Assembly (NCBI GenBank): GCA_031409335.1
Contig: JANNWY010000083.1
Span: 1 to 64,000, forward strand
Origin: Chthoniobacteraceae bacterium
GTDB taxonomy: Bacteria; Verrucomicrobiota; Verrucomicrobiia; Chthoniobacterales; Chthoniobacteraceae
DNA: 64,000 bases
Direction: 5' to 3'
Part shown: positions 29,385 through 38,595 of the stretch, in pieces
Numbering within the stretch: the stretch's first letter is position 1
Layout of the letters: each line of letters begins with the position of its first letter
Notes under the pieces: model-generated
Database searches by the model: none
What the model saw: only the letters and a program-made list of their open reading frames with translations
What the model was told of the DNA's origin: nothing
Position numbers and translations under genes: made by a program

Positions 29385-31564
29385 ACTTCACCCTCGATCC
29401 CATCCTCCCGATCGACCTGATCCTTGCCGCCGCACTGACGCTCGCCATTTTCACCGCGCTGATCTACGCGCGAATCGGCGCGCAACTTTCTCCCTCGAAA
29501 AAATACGCGCTCATCGCGTTGCGCGTTCTCGGCATCGTCCTGGTCGTCCTCATTCTCCTCCAGCCCTCGCGCATCGAACTCATCGCGCCGCTCACGACTT
29601 CGCACGTCACGCTCATCGCCGTGGACAATTCCCGCAGCATGGCGCAGCGCGACGTGCCGCAGGGCGCGCGGATCGACGCCGCGCGCGCCGCCCTCGCGGA
29701 CGCGGCGCTGCTGCGTCCCGATGGCACCGCCGCGCAGGATGATCTGCGGCTCTTCAAATTCGGCGCGAACGCTGCACCGTTCACCAACGGCAGCCAGCTC
29801 GACGCCGCGGATGCGACCACGCACATTCACACCAGCATCACCGACCTGCTCGCCTCGCTGCGCCCAAATGAAGCCGCGCGCGCCATTTTCCTGTTCTCCG
29901 ACGGCCACGATTTTGAAGCCGTGAATCCTGCCAAAACCGGCTTCCTCGCACGCGGTCGCGACGTGCCGATCTTCGCGATCGCGACTGGAAAACAAGGCCA
30001 GGTGCGCGATGTCGCCGCGCGCATCACCAGCTATCAGCCCTACACTTACGTGAAACAAAAGACGCGCATCACCGCGTCGCTGCGGCTCATCGGCTGCGAG
30101 CTGGAGACGATCGAGGTCGAACTTTTTCGCGACGGCGTTGCCGTGCAAAAGCGCCGCGTCGAAGCGGGCGACAACGCGGAGATGCCGATCGAATTTGAAG
30201 TCACCGAGCCCGTCGTTGGTCAGTACGAATACGAACTGCGCGTGCGTCCGCTCGACCGCGAAGTGGACCGCGAAAACAATGTGGCGCTGACGTATCTCAA
30301 CGTCATCGACCAGCAAATCCAGGTGCTCTTTCTGGAAGGCTCGCCGTATTGGGACAGCACATTTTTCCAGCGCTCGCTGATGCGGAACGAGAAGATGAAT
30401 GTCGATGCCGTGTTCTCGTACGGTGAGGGCAAGACGCGCGTCATTCGCAAGAAAGCCGGCGAAGCCGAATTCAAGCTTCCCGCGCTGCCGCAGGAATGGC
30501 GGCACTACGATGTCGTGATTCTCGGACGCGACGTGGATCGCATCCTCGGCAGCGATGGCATCAAGCAGCTCGACGACTACGCGCGGAATCAAGGCGGGAC
30601 AGTGATCTTCAGCCGCGGCGCGGCATTTGGAAAAATGAAGGATCAGGGCGAACTCGAACCCGTGATCTGGGGCCACTCGCCCGCCGAGCACGCGCGCATG
30701 ACGCCCGCGCGCGAAGGCCAGGCGCTCGCGCCATTCCGCGCCCTCGCGGAGCAGCAAGCAAAGGAAGACCGGCTGCCGGATTTGATCGCCGTGCATCCGA
30801 TTACCGAAAAGAAAACGCTCGCCGCGACGCTCGCCGTCGCGCGCACGGGAACGGCCGGAGAAGCTGTGCCAGCCATGATTCACCGGCGATTCGGCGACGG
30901 CCAGGTGCTCAGCGTCGGCGTGGATGGCCTGTGGCGCTGGGCATTCAATTCACACGTCGATGGCGCGAATACATTCTTCGATCGCTTTTGGGATCAGATG
31001 ATTTTGTGGCTCATGGCCGGGCGAGATTTTGTCCCCGCGCAGAAATTTTCGCTGCGGGCCAGCACGGCGAATATCCCGCTCGGCGAAAAGATTCACTTCC
31101 GCGCAATCGTCCGCGAAAACCCCGGCGCGCCGCGCGAAGTGCCGCTCGTCATTTCGCAAAATGGCGCGGAGGTCGGACGCACGACGCTCACCGCCGCGGA
31201 TCAACTGCCGGACAAACTCGCCGCCGAATTTCTCCCCGCGCAACTCGGCAGATACGAGGCCACCGCGCAACTGCCAGGCGGCACCAAAGCGGGCGTGCGA
31301 TTTTTCGTTTACGAAGAGAATCCCGAGCGGACCGAAGTGGCGCTGGACCTGACGTATCTCAAGCGGCTCTGCGACGCGAGCGAAGGCCGGATCGTGCGAC
31401 CCGAGGAACTCACCAGCCTGCTCGCGAATCTAAAATCCACCGAAACCTCCAGCGCCCCCGCCACCCGCCTGCACACCCTCTGGGATCGCGCCCCGCTCTT
31501 CTGGCTGCTCGGCCTGCTCTTCGCCGCCGACTGGTATCTGCGCCGCCGCTGGGGTTTGTCGTGA
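29381..31564 (+). CDS. Membrane-anchored vWA plus glutamine-amidotransferase-like domain protein
   Basis: Two N-terminal TM, MIDAS DNSRSM, FSDG, YDVVILG, LWRW...FDRFWDQ, C-terminal TM-WYLRRRWGL; overlaps the upstream stop (GTGA). Confidence 0.75.
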   Translation: MNFTLDPILPIDLILAAALTLAIFTALIYARIGAQLSPSKKYALIALRVLGIVLVVLILLQPSRIELIAPLTTSHVTLIAVDNSRSMAQRDVPQGARIDAARAALADAALLRPDGTAAQDDLRLFKFGANAAPFTNGSQLDAADATTHIHTSITDLLASLRPNEAARAIFLFSDGHDFEAVNPAKTGFLARGRDVPIFAIATGKQGQVRDVAARITSYQPYTYVKQKTRITASLRLIGCELETIEVELFRDGVAVQKRRVEAGDNAEMPIEFEVTEPVVGQYEYELRVRPLDREVDRENNVALTYLNVIDQQIQVLFLEGSPYWDSTFFQRSLMRNEKMNVDAVFSYGEGKTRVIRKKAGEAEFKLPALPQEWRHYDVVILGRDVDRILGSDGIKQLDDYARNQGGTVIFSRGAAFGKMKDQGELEPVIWGHSPAEHARMTPAREGQALAPFRALAEQQAKEDRLPDLIAVHPITEKKTLAATLAVARTGTAGEAVPAMIHRRFGDGQVLSVGVDGLWRWAFNSHVDGANTFFDRFWDQMILWLMAGRDFVPAQKFSLRASTANIPLGEKIHFRAIVRENPGAPREVPLVISQNGAEVGRTTLTAADQLPDKLAAEFLPAQLGRYEATAQLPGGTKAGVRFFVYEENPERTEVALDLTYLKRLCDASEGRIVRPEELTSLLANLKSTETSSAPATRLHTLWDRAPLFWLLGLLFAADWYLRRRWGLS

Positions 31565-31580
31565 GAGAGAGTTCCCTCCG

Positions 31581-32918
31581 CTACTTCGCCCCGATCGCCA
31601 CGAGTTTTTCGCGGGTGCGGAAGAAGAGGACGCCGTCTGCGAGCGCGGGCGTGGCCATGCAGGTTTCGCCGAGTTCGTTCGTCGCGATGACCGAGAACTT
31701 TTCCGCAACCGGGACGACAAACACTTTTCCCAGCTCGCTGGTGAAGAACACATTTCGCCCGTCGGAAACGGGTGACGCGGTGAAACCTTCGCCGCTGCGC
31801 GTGAGCCGCTCGCCGAAACGAATCGCGCCGGAACGCGCGTCGAAATTCGTCACGATGCCGGAATCGAGGCAGCCGAAAACCGAGTCGCCGACGACGATGG
31901 GCGTCTGCATGTAATTTCCCTGGCGCGCGTGCGTCCACGCGATTGCGGCGTTGGTCGTGCCGGGATTTTCGGGCGTGATGTTGCCGGTGGCATCGAGGCG
32001 GATCGCGCGCATCGGGCGGAAGATTCCATGCGCGCTGGTGAGATAGATATAGCCATGCGCGGTGACGGGCGTGGGCACCGGGATGTCGCCGCCGCCTTCG
32101 AGTTTCCAAAGCTCTTTGCCGGTGGTGAAATCGTAACCGCCGCTGTGATGCCAGCCGTTCACTACGATCTGCGTGCGAGCAGCGGTGGTGATGACCGTGG
32201 GCGTGCCCCACGTCGGCACATCCTTGCGCGGCGTGCGCCAGGTTTCTTTGCCATCGGCGAGATCGAAGACCGCGAGGAAGGAGTCCTTCTGCACATCGCA
32301 AAGCACCACGACTTTGCCGTCGTGAATGACGGGTGAACTGGCAAAGCCCCACTGCGCGCTGGGCACGTTGTAGTAGCCGGAATCCATCGGCCCGAGATCG
32401 GTCTTCCACGCCAGCTTTCCAGCCATGTCGAAACAGAACAGCCCTTCCGAACCCATGATCGCGACGATGCGTTTGCCGTCCGTGGCAGGCGTGGAATTGC
32501 AGTGGCTCGACTTCGTGTGCCGCTGCACGCGCGGGACGGCCTCGAGCGCGAGCGTGTCCCAAACGACGCTGCCAGTCGCCTTGTCGAGCGCGAGCAGCCG
32601 CCATTGATGCGGCTCCTTTTCCGTGACGGAGGCGATGTCGCCGTAAAGCCCCACCTTCAAATCCGCGCGGCCCGGTTTCACCGCCGTGGCGACATAGACA
32701 CGATCGCCCCACACGATCGGTGCCGAATGCGCGAGCCCCGCGATCGGCGTTTGCCAGCGCACGTTCTCGGCGGTTTCCATTTTCCATGAAACGGGCGCGA
32801 CCACCGCATCGGCGACGCCACTGGCCTGCGGTCCGCGGTATTGCGGCCAGTCCGCGCCTTCTACCGGGCCGCACGCAAACGCGGAAAACAGCAGCAGCGA
32901 GAGGGCGTTGATTTTCAA
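31581..32918 (-). CDS. Secreted PQQ-like (BamB-like) beta-propeller protein
   Basis: ADWPQYRGP, APIVWGDRVYV, LALDKATGSVVW, STPATDG, TPALADGVLFFRT. Confidence 0.88.
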   Translation of the reverse strand: MKINALSLLLFSAFACGPVEGADWPQYRGPQASGVADAVVAPVSWKMETAENVRWQTPIAGLAHSAPIVWGDRVYVATAVKPGRADLKVGLYGDIASVTEKEPHQWRLLALDKATGSVVWDTLALEAVPRVQRHTKSSHCNSTPATDGKRIVAIMGSEGLFCFDMAGKLAWKTDLGPMDSGYYNVPSAQWGFASSPVIHDGKVVVLCDVQKDSFLAVFDLADGKETWRTPRKDVPTWGTPTVITTAARTQIVVNGWHHSGGYDFTTGKELWKLEGGGDIPVPTPVTAHGYIYLTSAHGIFRPMRAIRLDATGNITPENPGTTNAAIAWTHARQGNYMQTPIVVGDSVFGCLDSGIVTNFDARSGAIRFGERLTRSGEGFTASPVSDGRNVFFTSELGKVFVVPVAEKFSVIATNELGETCMATPALADGVLFFRTREKLVAIGAK

Positions 32919-32927
32919 GCGTGAAAG

Positions 32928-34640
32928 CTACCGCTCGGGGTCGCGTGGAAATTTCACGTACGGCAGCCGCGCGCCGCGGTAGGTGAATTGATCCGCGCGA
33001 ATCTCCGGCGCGGGCCGGTGGAAGCGCGTGCCGCTGATGCCGATGATGTCATCCTGATCCACGCCATCGCCGGAAATGCCGATCGCGCCGATGACCTTTC
33101 CATCGCGGTAAAGCGGGAAACCGCCGGGGAAAATCGTTATGCCGTTTGGCAGATTTGGATTGCCGGGAAAGAGCACGGCGGGATTTGGCGAGCGGCGCAG
33201 GCTCACCGCTTCCTGAAATCCGAAGAGCGGTCCGTGCTCGCGACCGTCGATTCCGGGCGGGTAAAATTTCTGCGCGAGGAAGCCGACCGAGCGGCTCGAC
33301 ATGGCAAACTGGCTGTTCGAGAAAAAGATCGCGGTGCGCGCTTTCTGCACGGCGACATCCCAACTGAAAATGGTGGCTTCACCAGTGCGAAAGACGCCCA
33401 GGATTTCCGGCTTCTCGCCAGCTTTGTCGGGATTCGCGACGACGCTGATGAAGACTTTCACGGAAGTGCCGATCGGCAGCCGGATGCCGGCGCGCGTGGT
33501 GAGCGCGCGGTTCGCGGCCATCTTGATCGCGCGCTCGACTTCATCCCGGCTGAGCCGACGCGCGACACCGCCGACTTTTCCGCGCGTGGGATGGTTGAGC
33601 AGCGGATCGTCGCGCAACGTGAACCGCACCTCGCCCTCGAAGTCGCCGTACGTTTCCCGCTTCCACGGATACGGCTGCGGCGAGGCTTTCGGGTCGAGGT
33701 CGATGCGCTCGCTTGCCGGGTCGATAGGATTGAGCGGGAGGCCGCGCACTGGCTGGCCAAACGTGCCGAGCGGTTTCGGATCATCCACATCCTCGATGTC
33801 ACCCTGGCGCTCGCCGACGTATGGGATGCGGATGCCGTTGATGAGCACGTTATTTGCGACGATCGAGCGGTTCGGACGGAAGCCAGTCTGACCCGCAAGC
33901 GCGACGAGTTCGTCGAGGTCGCGGCCTTGTTTGAAGCCAGTCGTCGCCTCGGTTTGCGTGTCTTTCAAAAAGATCGCCGCCGCCGGCGTAAGATCGGTCG
34001 GGCTGTTGTCGCCAGTGACGCCGATGCCGCCGACGAGGTGGCCGAGCTTGTAAAGCGGAACGCCGCCGGGCGAATCATTCAGCGACCCGAGCAGCACACT
34101 CGGCGCGCGCACGCCGGGCGAAGTGGTCGGATCGACCAGCGCCGTCGGATCGAAGCCGGGCCGGATATATTTCATGAAATTCACATCCGAAAAAAACAGG
34201 CTCGAAAGACCGACGCCGACGAGCGGACCCGTGCCGGTATTCCGCACGCCGGGCGGAAAGTGCTGTTGGATGATGAAACCCGCGGTGCGTGACGTGAAAG
34301 CCTGTTGATCGCTGCTCAGAAAGGCTGCGGCACCCGCGCGCGTGATGGCGGCGGCGAGCTTTCCGTAGAGCGCGATCTTGCTGCGATCGCTGAGGCTGAA
34401 AGGCGGGATGGGATTTGGGATGCGCCCGCCCATGTCCCACACGGCGAGGACGAATCCATCGCGATCAGTGACGGCAATGATCGCGCGCGGATCAATCCTC
34501 GCGGCCTCGGTCGCCGCGTTGGCGACGATGGTTTCGACCTCGCCTTTGGTGAGCTGCACCACATCGGCGCGGAGTTTTGTGAGGGAGCAAACGAAGGCCA
34601 AAATGGCCAGGCGGAGTATCGGACGGGTCAGACTTTTCAT
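32928..34640 (-). CDS. Secreted protein with two GlcG/HbpS-like (heme-binding) domains
   Basis: Two copies of the motif set: IAVTDRDG...PGGVPLYKLGHLVGGIGVTGD and VAVQKARTA...PGGFPLYRDGKVIGAIGISGD. Confidence 0.75.
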   Translation of the reverse strand: MKSLTRPILRLAILAFVCSLTKLRADVVQLTKGEVETIVANAATEAARIDPRAIIAVTDRDGFVLAVWDMGGRIPNPIPPFSLSDRSKIALYGKLAAAITRAGAAAFLSSDQQAFTSRTAGFIIQQHFPPGVRNTGTGPLVGVGLSSLFFSDVNFMKYIRPGFDPTALVDPTTSPGVRAPSVLLGSLNDSPGGVPLYKLGHLVGGIGVTGDNSPTDLTPAAAIFLKDTQTEATTGFKQGRDLDELVALAGQTGFRPNRSIVANNVLINGIRIPYVGERQGDIEDVDDPKPLGTFGQPVRGLPLNPIDPASERIDLDPKASPQPYPWKRETYGDFEGEVRFTLRDDPLLNHPTRGKVGGVARRLSRDEVERAIKMAANRALTTRAGIRLPIGTSVKVFISVVANPDKAGEKPEILGVFRTGEATIFSWDVAVQKARTAIFFSNSQFAMSSRSVGFLAQKFYPPGIDGREHGPLFGFQEAVSLRRSPNPAVLFPGNPNLPNGITIFPGGFPLYRDGKVIGAIGISGDGVDQDDIIGISGTRFHRPAPEIRADQFTYRGARLPYVKFPRDPER

Positions 34641-34795
34641 CGCGGATATCAGGAATAATCAGGATTCCGGGCCGAATCAAACCTGAACATTGCCGGCGAT
34701 TCCGCTCGGCGGTGATTCAATGTCGCGCAAGCCGCCCGGGCGTCAGCCTTTGAAGATTGGCATTTCGCCGAACGCTTGCGCCGGAAAAAAACTGG

Positions 34796-37700
34796 TCAGT
34801 TCTCGCGCAGCAGGAAGCGGAAGAACTGGCGTTCGCCGAGGCGCGGGCCGGTGACGTTCACGGGGACGCCGGGCGTGGCGAGGCTGTTGTTTCCGGGCAC
34901 GTTCCAGAGCGACCACGTTTGCAAATCGGTGGAAGTTTCGATTTGGAAAGAGCGATTCGCGGGGAGACTCACGGTGAGGGTGAAGTCGTTGCCAGGTGCG
35001 GCAAGTGATGGCGTGAAAAAGCTCGCGCCATTTTGTGGCGAAGTGCTGGCGAGAAATTCCTGCGCGTTGCTGTGGCCATCGGCGTCGGCGTCGGAGGCGG
35101 GGTCGCCTGCGGGGGAATTCGGCGAGCCGAAATTCGCGAGCCGCCATTGCGCGTAGGTTTGCTGCGACTGGAGCGCGGCAATCCATTCGGTGAGCAGCGC
35201 GATTCCGGACTGATCGAGTTCGTTGCTGCCGAGCGGCGGCATTCGCGTGAAGCCGTTTTGGACGGCGATGCGGTTGAACACGATGGAATTTCCGGTGAGG
35301 CCGGGGACGATGAGACGGTTCGCGGCGTTGCTGCCGTTTTGCGTGGCGGGGCCGTTGATGAGCAGGGTTTGCGCGAGCGTGCGGTGGGCGCGGGCGTCGA
35401 AGCTCGGCGGCGGGGCGCTGCCGGGCTGGTGGCAGTTCGCGCAATTCACGTCGAGATACGAGCGCACGCGGGCCTCGACGGGGAATTGCGTTTCGTTTGC
35501 CGCGATGTGACGCGGGAGCAGATTCGGTGAGTCGGGTGTGTTGGAAAAGTAGCCCGCGCTTTGCAGCAGCGTGAGTTGGTTGCCGGCGAAGCCGTGGATG
35601 TTTTCCACGCGATTGAGCTGCCGCGTGTTGAAGGAAAGCGCATGGCCGGCACCGGCATTGTGGCACGTTACGCACTCGCCGCGGCTCGGGATGCGATAGG
35701 TTTGCACGCGCGGATTTCCGTTTTCGATCACGTTGATGCCAAACGATTCGCCCGCATCCGCGACGAGCGTGGCTTCGGTTTGCGCGGCGTTCCAGCGGTA
35801 GCTCACGCCGTAAGTTCCCCCCGCATTTTTCACGAGCACGCGCGTCTCGATGCGCTGCGATGTGGCGGGATTTCCGCGCGTGGTTTCGAGGTCGAAATGT
35901 TTCACCCAAATCATCCCATCCGGGAATGTCCACGCGCCGTCGCGGCTCCACGTCAGCGTGCTCGCCGCGTCGGGCACGATGAACCAGCGGCGCTTGTCCG
36001 CGAAGTCGCTCCAGAACGGCACATTGATGAAGTACGGCAGCACGCCGGGCGCGGGCGCGAGGTCGGCGAGGTCGGAGAAAAGTCCCGTCGCGCTGAGCGT
36101 CGCGGGATACGCGCCGGTGTCCGCGCCCGCGACGAGCCGCAGGATGCGCCCCTCGACGATATCGACCATCAGCACGTCTCCGTTCGACGGGTCCGCGCCG
36201 AACGCGACCTGATTCGCATTGCCCGTGAGCCGCTCGATCGCGACCGACGGCGTGCGCCGCAACGCCCAGATGTGACCGTCCACGTAGTCGCCGAAAATGT
36301 AAGCGCCGGTGAGCGCGGGCAGATTCGCGCCGCGATAGACGATGCCGCCGGTGATCGAGTGGCCCTGAAATTCACCGTTGCCGAGCGCGTATTCGTAGAG
36401 CGGATTGGTGAAAGTAAAACCCGGCAGCGCCTCGCCCGCATTCGGTCCGGTGAGCGTGCCTTCGCGCCACGACCAGCCAAAGTTCGCGCCGTTCGTGGCG
36501 AGGTTGATTTCCTCGCGCTGCACCTGCCCGACATCGCCGATCCAGATTTCGCCGGTCGGCGCATCCACGGAAAAGCGGAACGGATTGCGCAGCCCGACGC
36601 TGAAAAATTCCGTGCGCACATTTGCCGCCGGGATGTTCACGCCGTTGAAAGTGACGGTCGGATTTGCGGTGACGAATGGATTGTTCACGGGCACCGAATA
36701 GCGCGCGATCCCGGCATCGCGCGGCACGCTGGCGTGGAGATTCGGCTCGGGATTTCCGGGCAACTTGTCCACATCGAGACGCATGAGCGCGCAGAAAAAA
36801 TTCAGGTCGATGCGCTGCCCCTGCCGCCGCGAATCGAACTGCTCGCCGCCATCGCCGCTCGACACATAGAGATAGCCGCCGGTGCCGAAATGCATGTCCG
36901 TGCCGAGGTGATAGCCGAATTGATCGGCCTGCTGAATGAGCACGACTTCGCTCGCCGTGTCCGCCGCATTCGGATTCCCCACCTGCGCGGTGAAGCGCGA
37001 GATGCGATAGAAATTCTGCCCGCCCGCCGCGACCGAATACCACGCGAAGAAACGCCGGTTCGCCGCGTGCTGCGGATGAAACGCCATGCTCATTAGCCCG
37101 CGATCCACGCTATTCAGCAGCGTCTCGCCGCGCGACGAGCAGAGCACCGCGAGATCGAGGAACACGGACGACGACGGCGAGGGCGCGGTGACATTTGGAA
37201 TGACGCGAATCGTCCCGCCGCGCTGCACGACGAAAAGCCGCTGCGCATCGCCAGGCACCGTCGCGATGTTGATCGGCTGCGTGAACGTGAGCGCACCAAA
37301 CGCGGGCGTGGTCGTGTAGGTCGTCGTGGGCGGCGTGCTCGGCACGTTCAGCGTCGCATTTGGAATACGGAGCGAAGGCGCAAACGTGAGCGTGACCGCG
37401 ACCGGCGCGGCAAATCCGCCCGCACTATTCACGCGATACGTGAAGCTGTCCGACACGGGCGAACCCGTCGTGTGCGTGTAAAGAATCCGCCCGCTCGCAT
37501 CCGGCACCGCGGTGCCACTCGCAGGCGGCGTCACGATTTCCACGGTCGCCGGATTCCCGCCGGGCGCATCGTTCGCAAGCACGGCGACGCGCACCTTTTG
37601 CAAATGATGCAGCGTCGCAGCATCCGGCTGGAGCACCGGCGGCGCGAACGACGCATCCCGCCCCGCCGCAAAACTCGCCGCGATGTCCGTCGGCGCGAGC

Positions 37701-38464
37701 GCGTGATCGTGGATGCGCACCTCGTCGTAGGCCGCGTGCGCCATCGCAAGGCTGTTCCATTGCGAGCGCCCGAGCCAATTGTTCACGTCTTCAATCTCGC
37801 TGAGGTGAAACGCGACGTTGCCCGAACGCGCAAGCACGCCGTTGCGATACCACGCGACATTGCCGCCGCCCGGCGTGTCCTGAAACGTGAAGACGTAGTG
37901 ATACGTCGTGCCGAGCGTGGTCGCGAGCGTGTCGTCGAGATACACCGGCGAGCCGCCATTGATCCGCGCGCCGAGCCGCTGGGAATTGATGTTCGTGTCG
38001 CGATTGAAAAGCAGCGCGATGCCGTCGCTCGTCTCGGAAGCAGGCACGTTCGCGCCGGTCGTGCCCGTCCACTCGCCCGCCGCTCCCGCGCCATCGCCCG
38101 CGATATTCATGCGACCAAAGTCGAACATGAGCTGGAAAAAACGCGCGCTGATGGGCGCGGCCCAAATCTCGACGGTGAGATTCGTCTTCGAGGAGACGAG
38201 CCCATTCGGCAGATTCAAATACGCCGAACTCGTCGCGTCCGGCTGATCGCAATTCGTCGTCCCCGGCAGCGTGATGCGCACGCCATTGAGCGCCGCGCCA
38301 TTCCCCCGCACCTGTAGCGGCACGGCGGAGATCGTGTCATTGAAAACGCTGCCGTGCGGCGCGGCACCCGCGGCTTGATTGAACGACCAGCGATTCACGA
38401 GTGCGGCAGCCGCATCGTGCGCGAGTGCGGCGAGGGTGAGCAGGATGAAGAGGCGCGAGTTCAC
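34796..38464 (-). CDS. Secreted multidomain protein: LamG-like, Ig-like, PQQ glucose/sorbosone dehydrogenase propeller, diheme cytochrome c, C-terminal domain
   Basis: Signal peptide; NNWLGRSQW...YDEVRIH; GLRNPFRFSVD...GDVGQ...EEIN; PFWSDFADKRRW, IETRVLV, CVTCH, CANCH, MPPLG. Confidence 0.85.
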   Translation of the reverse strand: MNSRLFILLTLAALAHDAAAALVNRWSFNQAAGAAPHGSVFNDTISAVPLQVRGNGAALNGVRITLPGTTNCDQPDATSSAYLNLPNGLVSSKTNLTVEIWAAPISARFFQLMFDFGRMNIAGDGAGAAGEWTGTTGANVPASETSDGIALLFNRDTNINSQRLGARINGGSPVYLDDTLATTLGTTYHYVFTFQDTPGGGNVAWYRNGVLARSGNVAFHLSEIEDVNNWLGRSQWNSLAMAHAAYDEVRIHDHALAPTDIAASFAAGRDASFAPPVLQPDAATLHHLQKVRVAVLANDAPGGNPATVEIVTPPASGTAVPDASGRILYTHTTGSPVSDSFTYRVNSAGGFAAPVAVTLTFAPSLRIPNATLNVPSTPPTTTYTTTPAFGALTFTQPINIATVPGDAQRLFVVQRGGTIRVIPNVTAPSPSSSVFLDLAVLCSSRGETLLNSVDRGLMSMAFHPQHAANRRFFAWYSVAAGGQNFYRISRFTAQVGNPNAADTASEVVLIQQADQFGYHLGTDMHFGTGGYLYVSSGDGGEQFDSRRQGQRIDLNFFCALMRLDVDKLPGNPEPNLHASVPRDAGIARYSVPVNNPFVTANPTVTFNGVNIPAANVRTEFFSVGLRNPFRFSVDAPTGEIWIGDVGQVQREEINLATNGANFGWSWREGTLTGPNAGEALPGFTFTNPLYEYALGNGEFQGHSITGGIVYRGANLPALTGAYIFGDYVDGHIWALRRTPSVAIERLTGNANQVAFGADPSNGDVLMVDIVEGRILRLVAGADTGAYPATLSATGLFSDLADLAPAPGVLPYFINVPFWSDFADKRRWFIVPDAASTLTWSRDGAWTFPDGMIWVKHFDLETTRGNPATSQRIETRVLVKNAGGTYGVSYRWNAAQTEATLVADAGESFGINVIENGNPRVQTYRIPSRGECVTCHNAGAGHALSFNTRQLNRVENIHGFAGNQLTLLQSAGYFSNTPDSPNLLPRHIAANETQFPVEARVRSYLDVNCANCHQPGSAPPPSFDARAHRTLAQTLLINGPATQNGSNAANRLIVPGLTGNSIVFNRIAVQNGFTRMPPLGSNELDQSGIALLTEWIAALQSQQTYAQWRLANFGSPNSPAGDPASDADADGHSNAQEFLASTSPQNGASFFTPSLAAPGNDFTLTVSLPANRSFQIETSTDLQTWSLWNVPGNNSLATPGVPVNVTGPRLGERQFFRFLLREN

Positions 38465-38595
38465 TGCCGGTGTATTCAGGGGCGGCGGGAAATCGTTACA
38501 GCCATTCGCCCGCTTTTTCAAAAAGTTCGGCGGATCGTTGCCGACTGCTGGCTGGAATTCGCCCCGCCGCGCGGCTATCTGAATGGAAACCCGCG

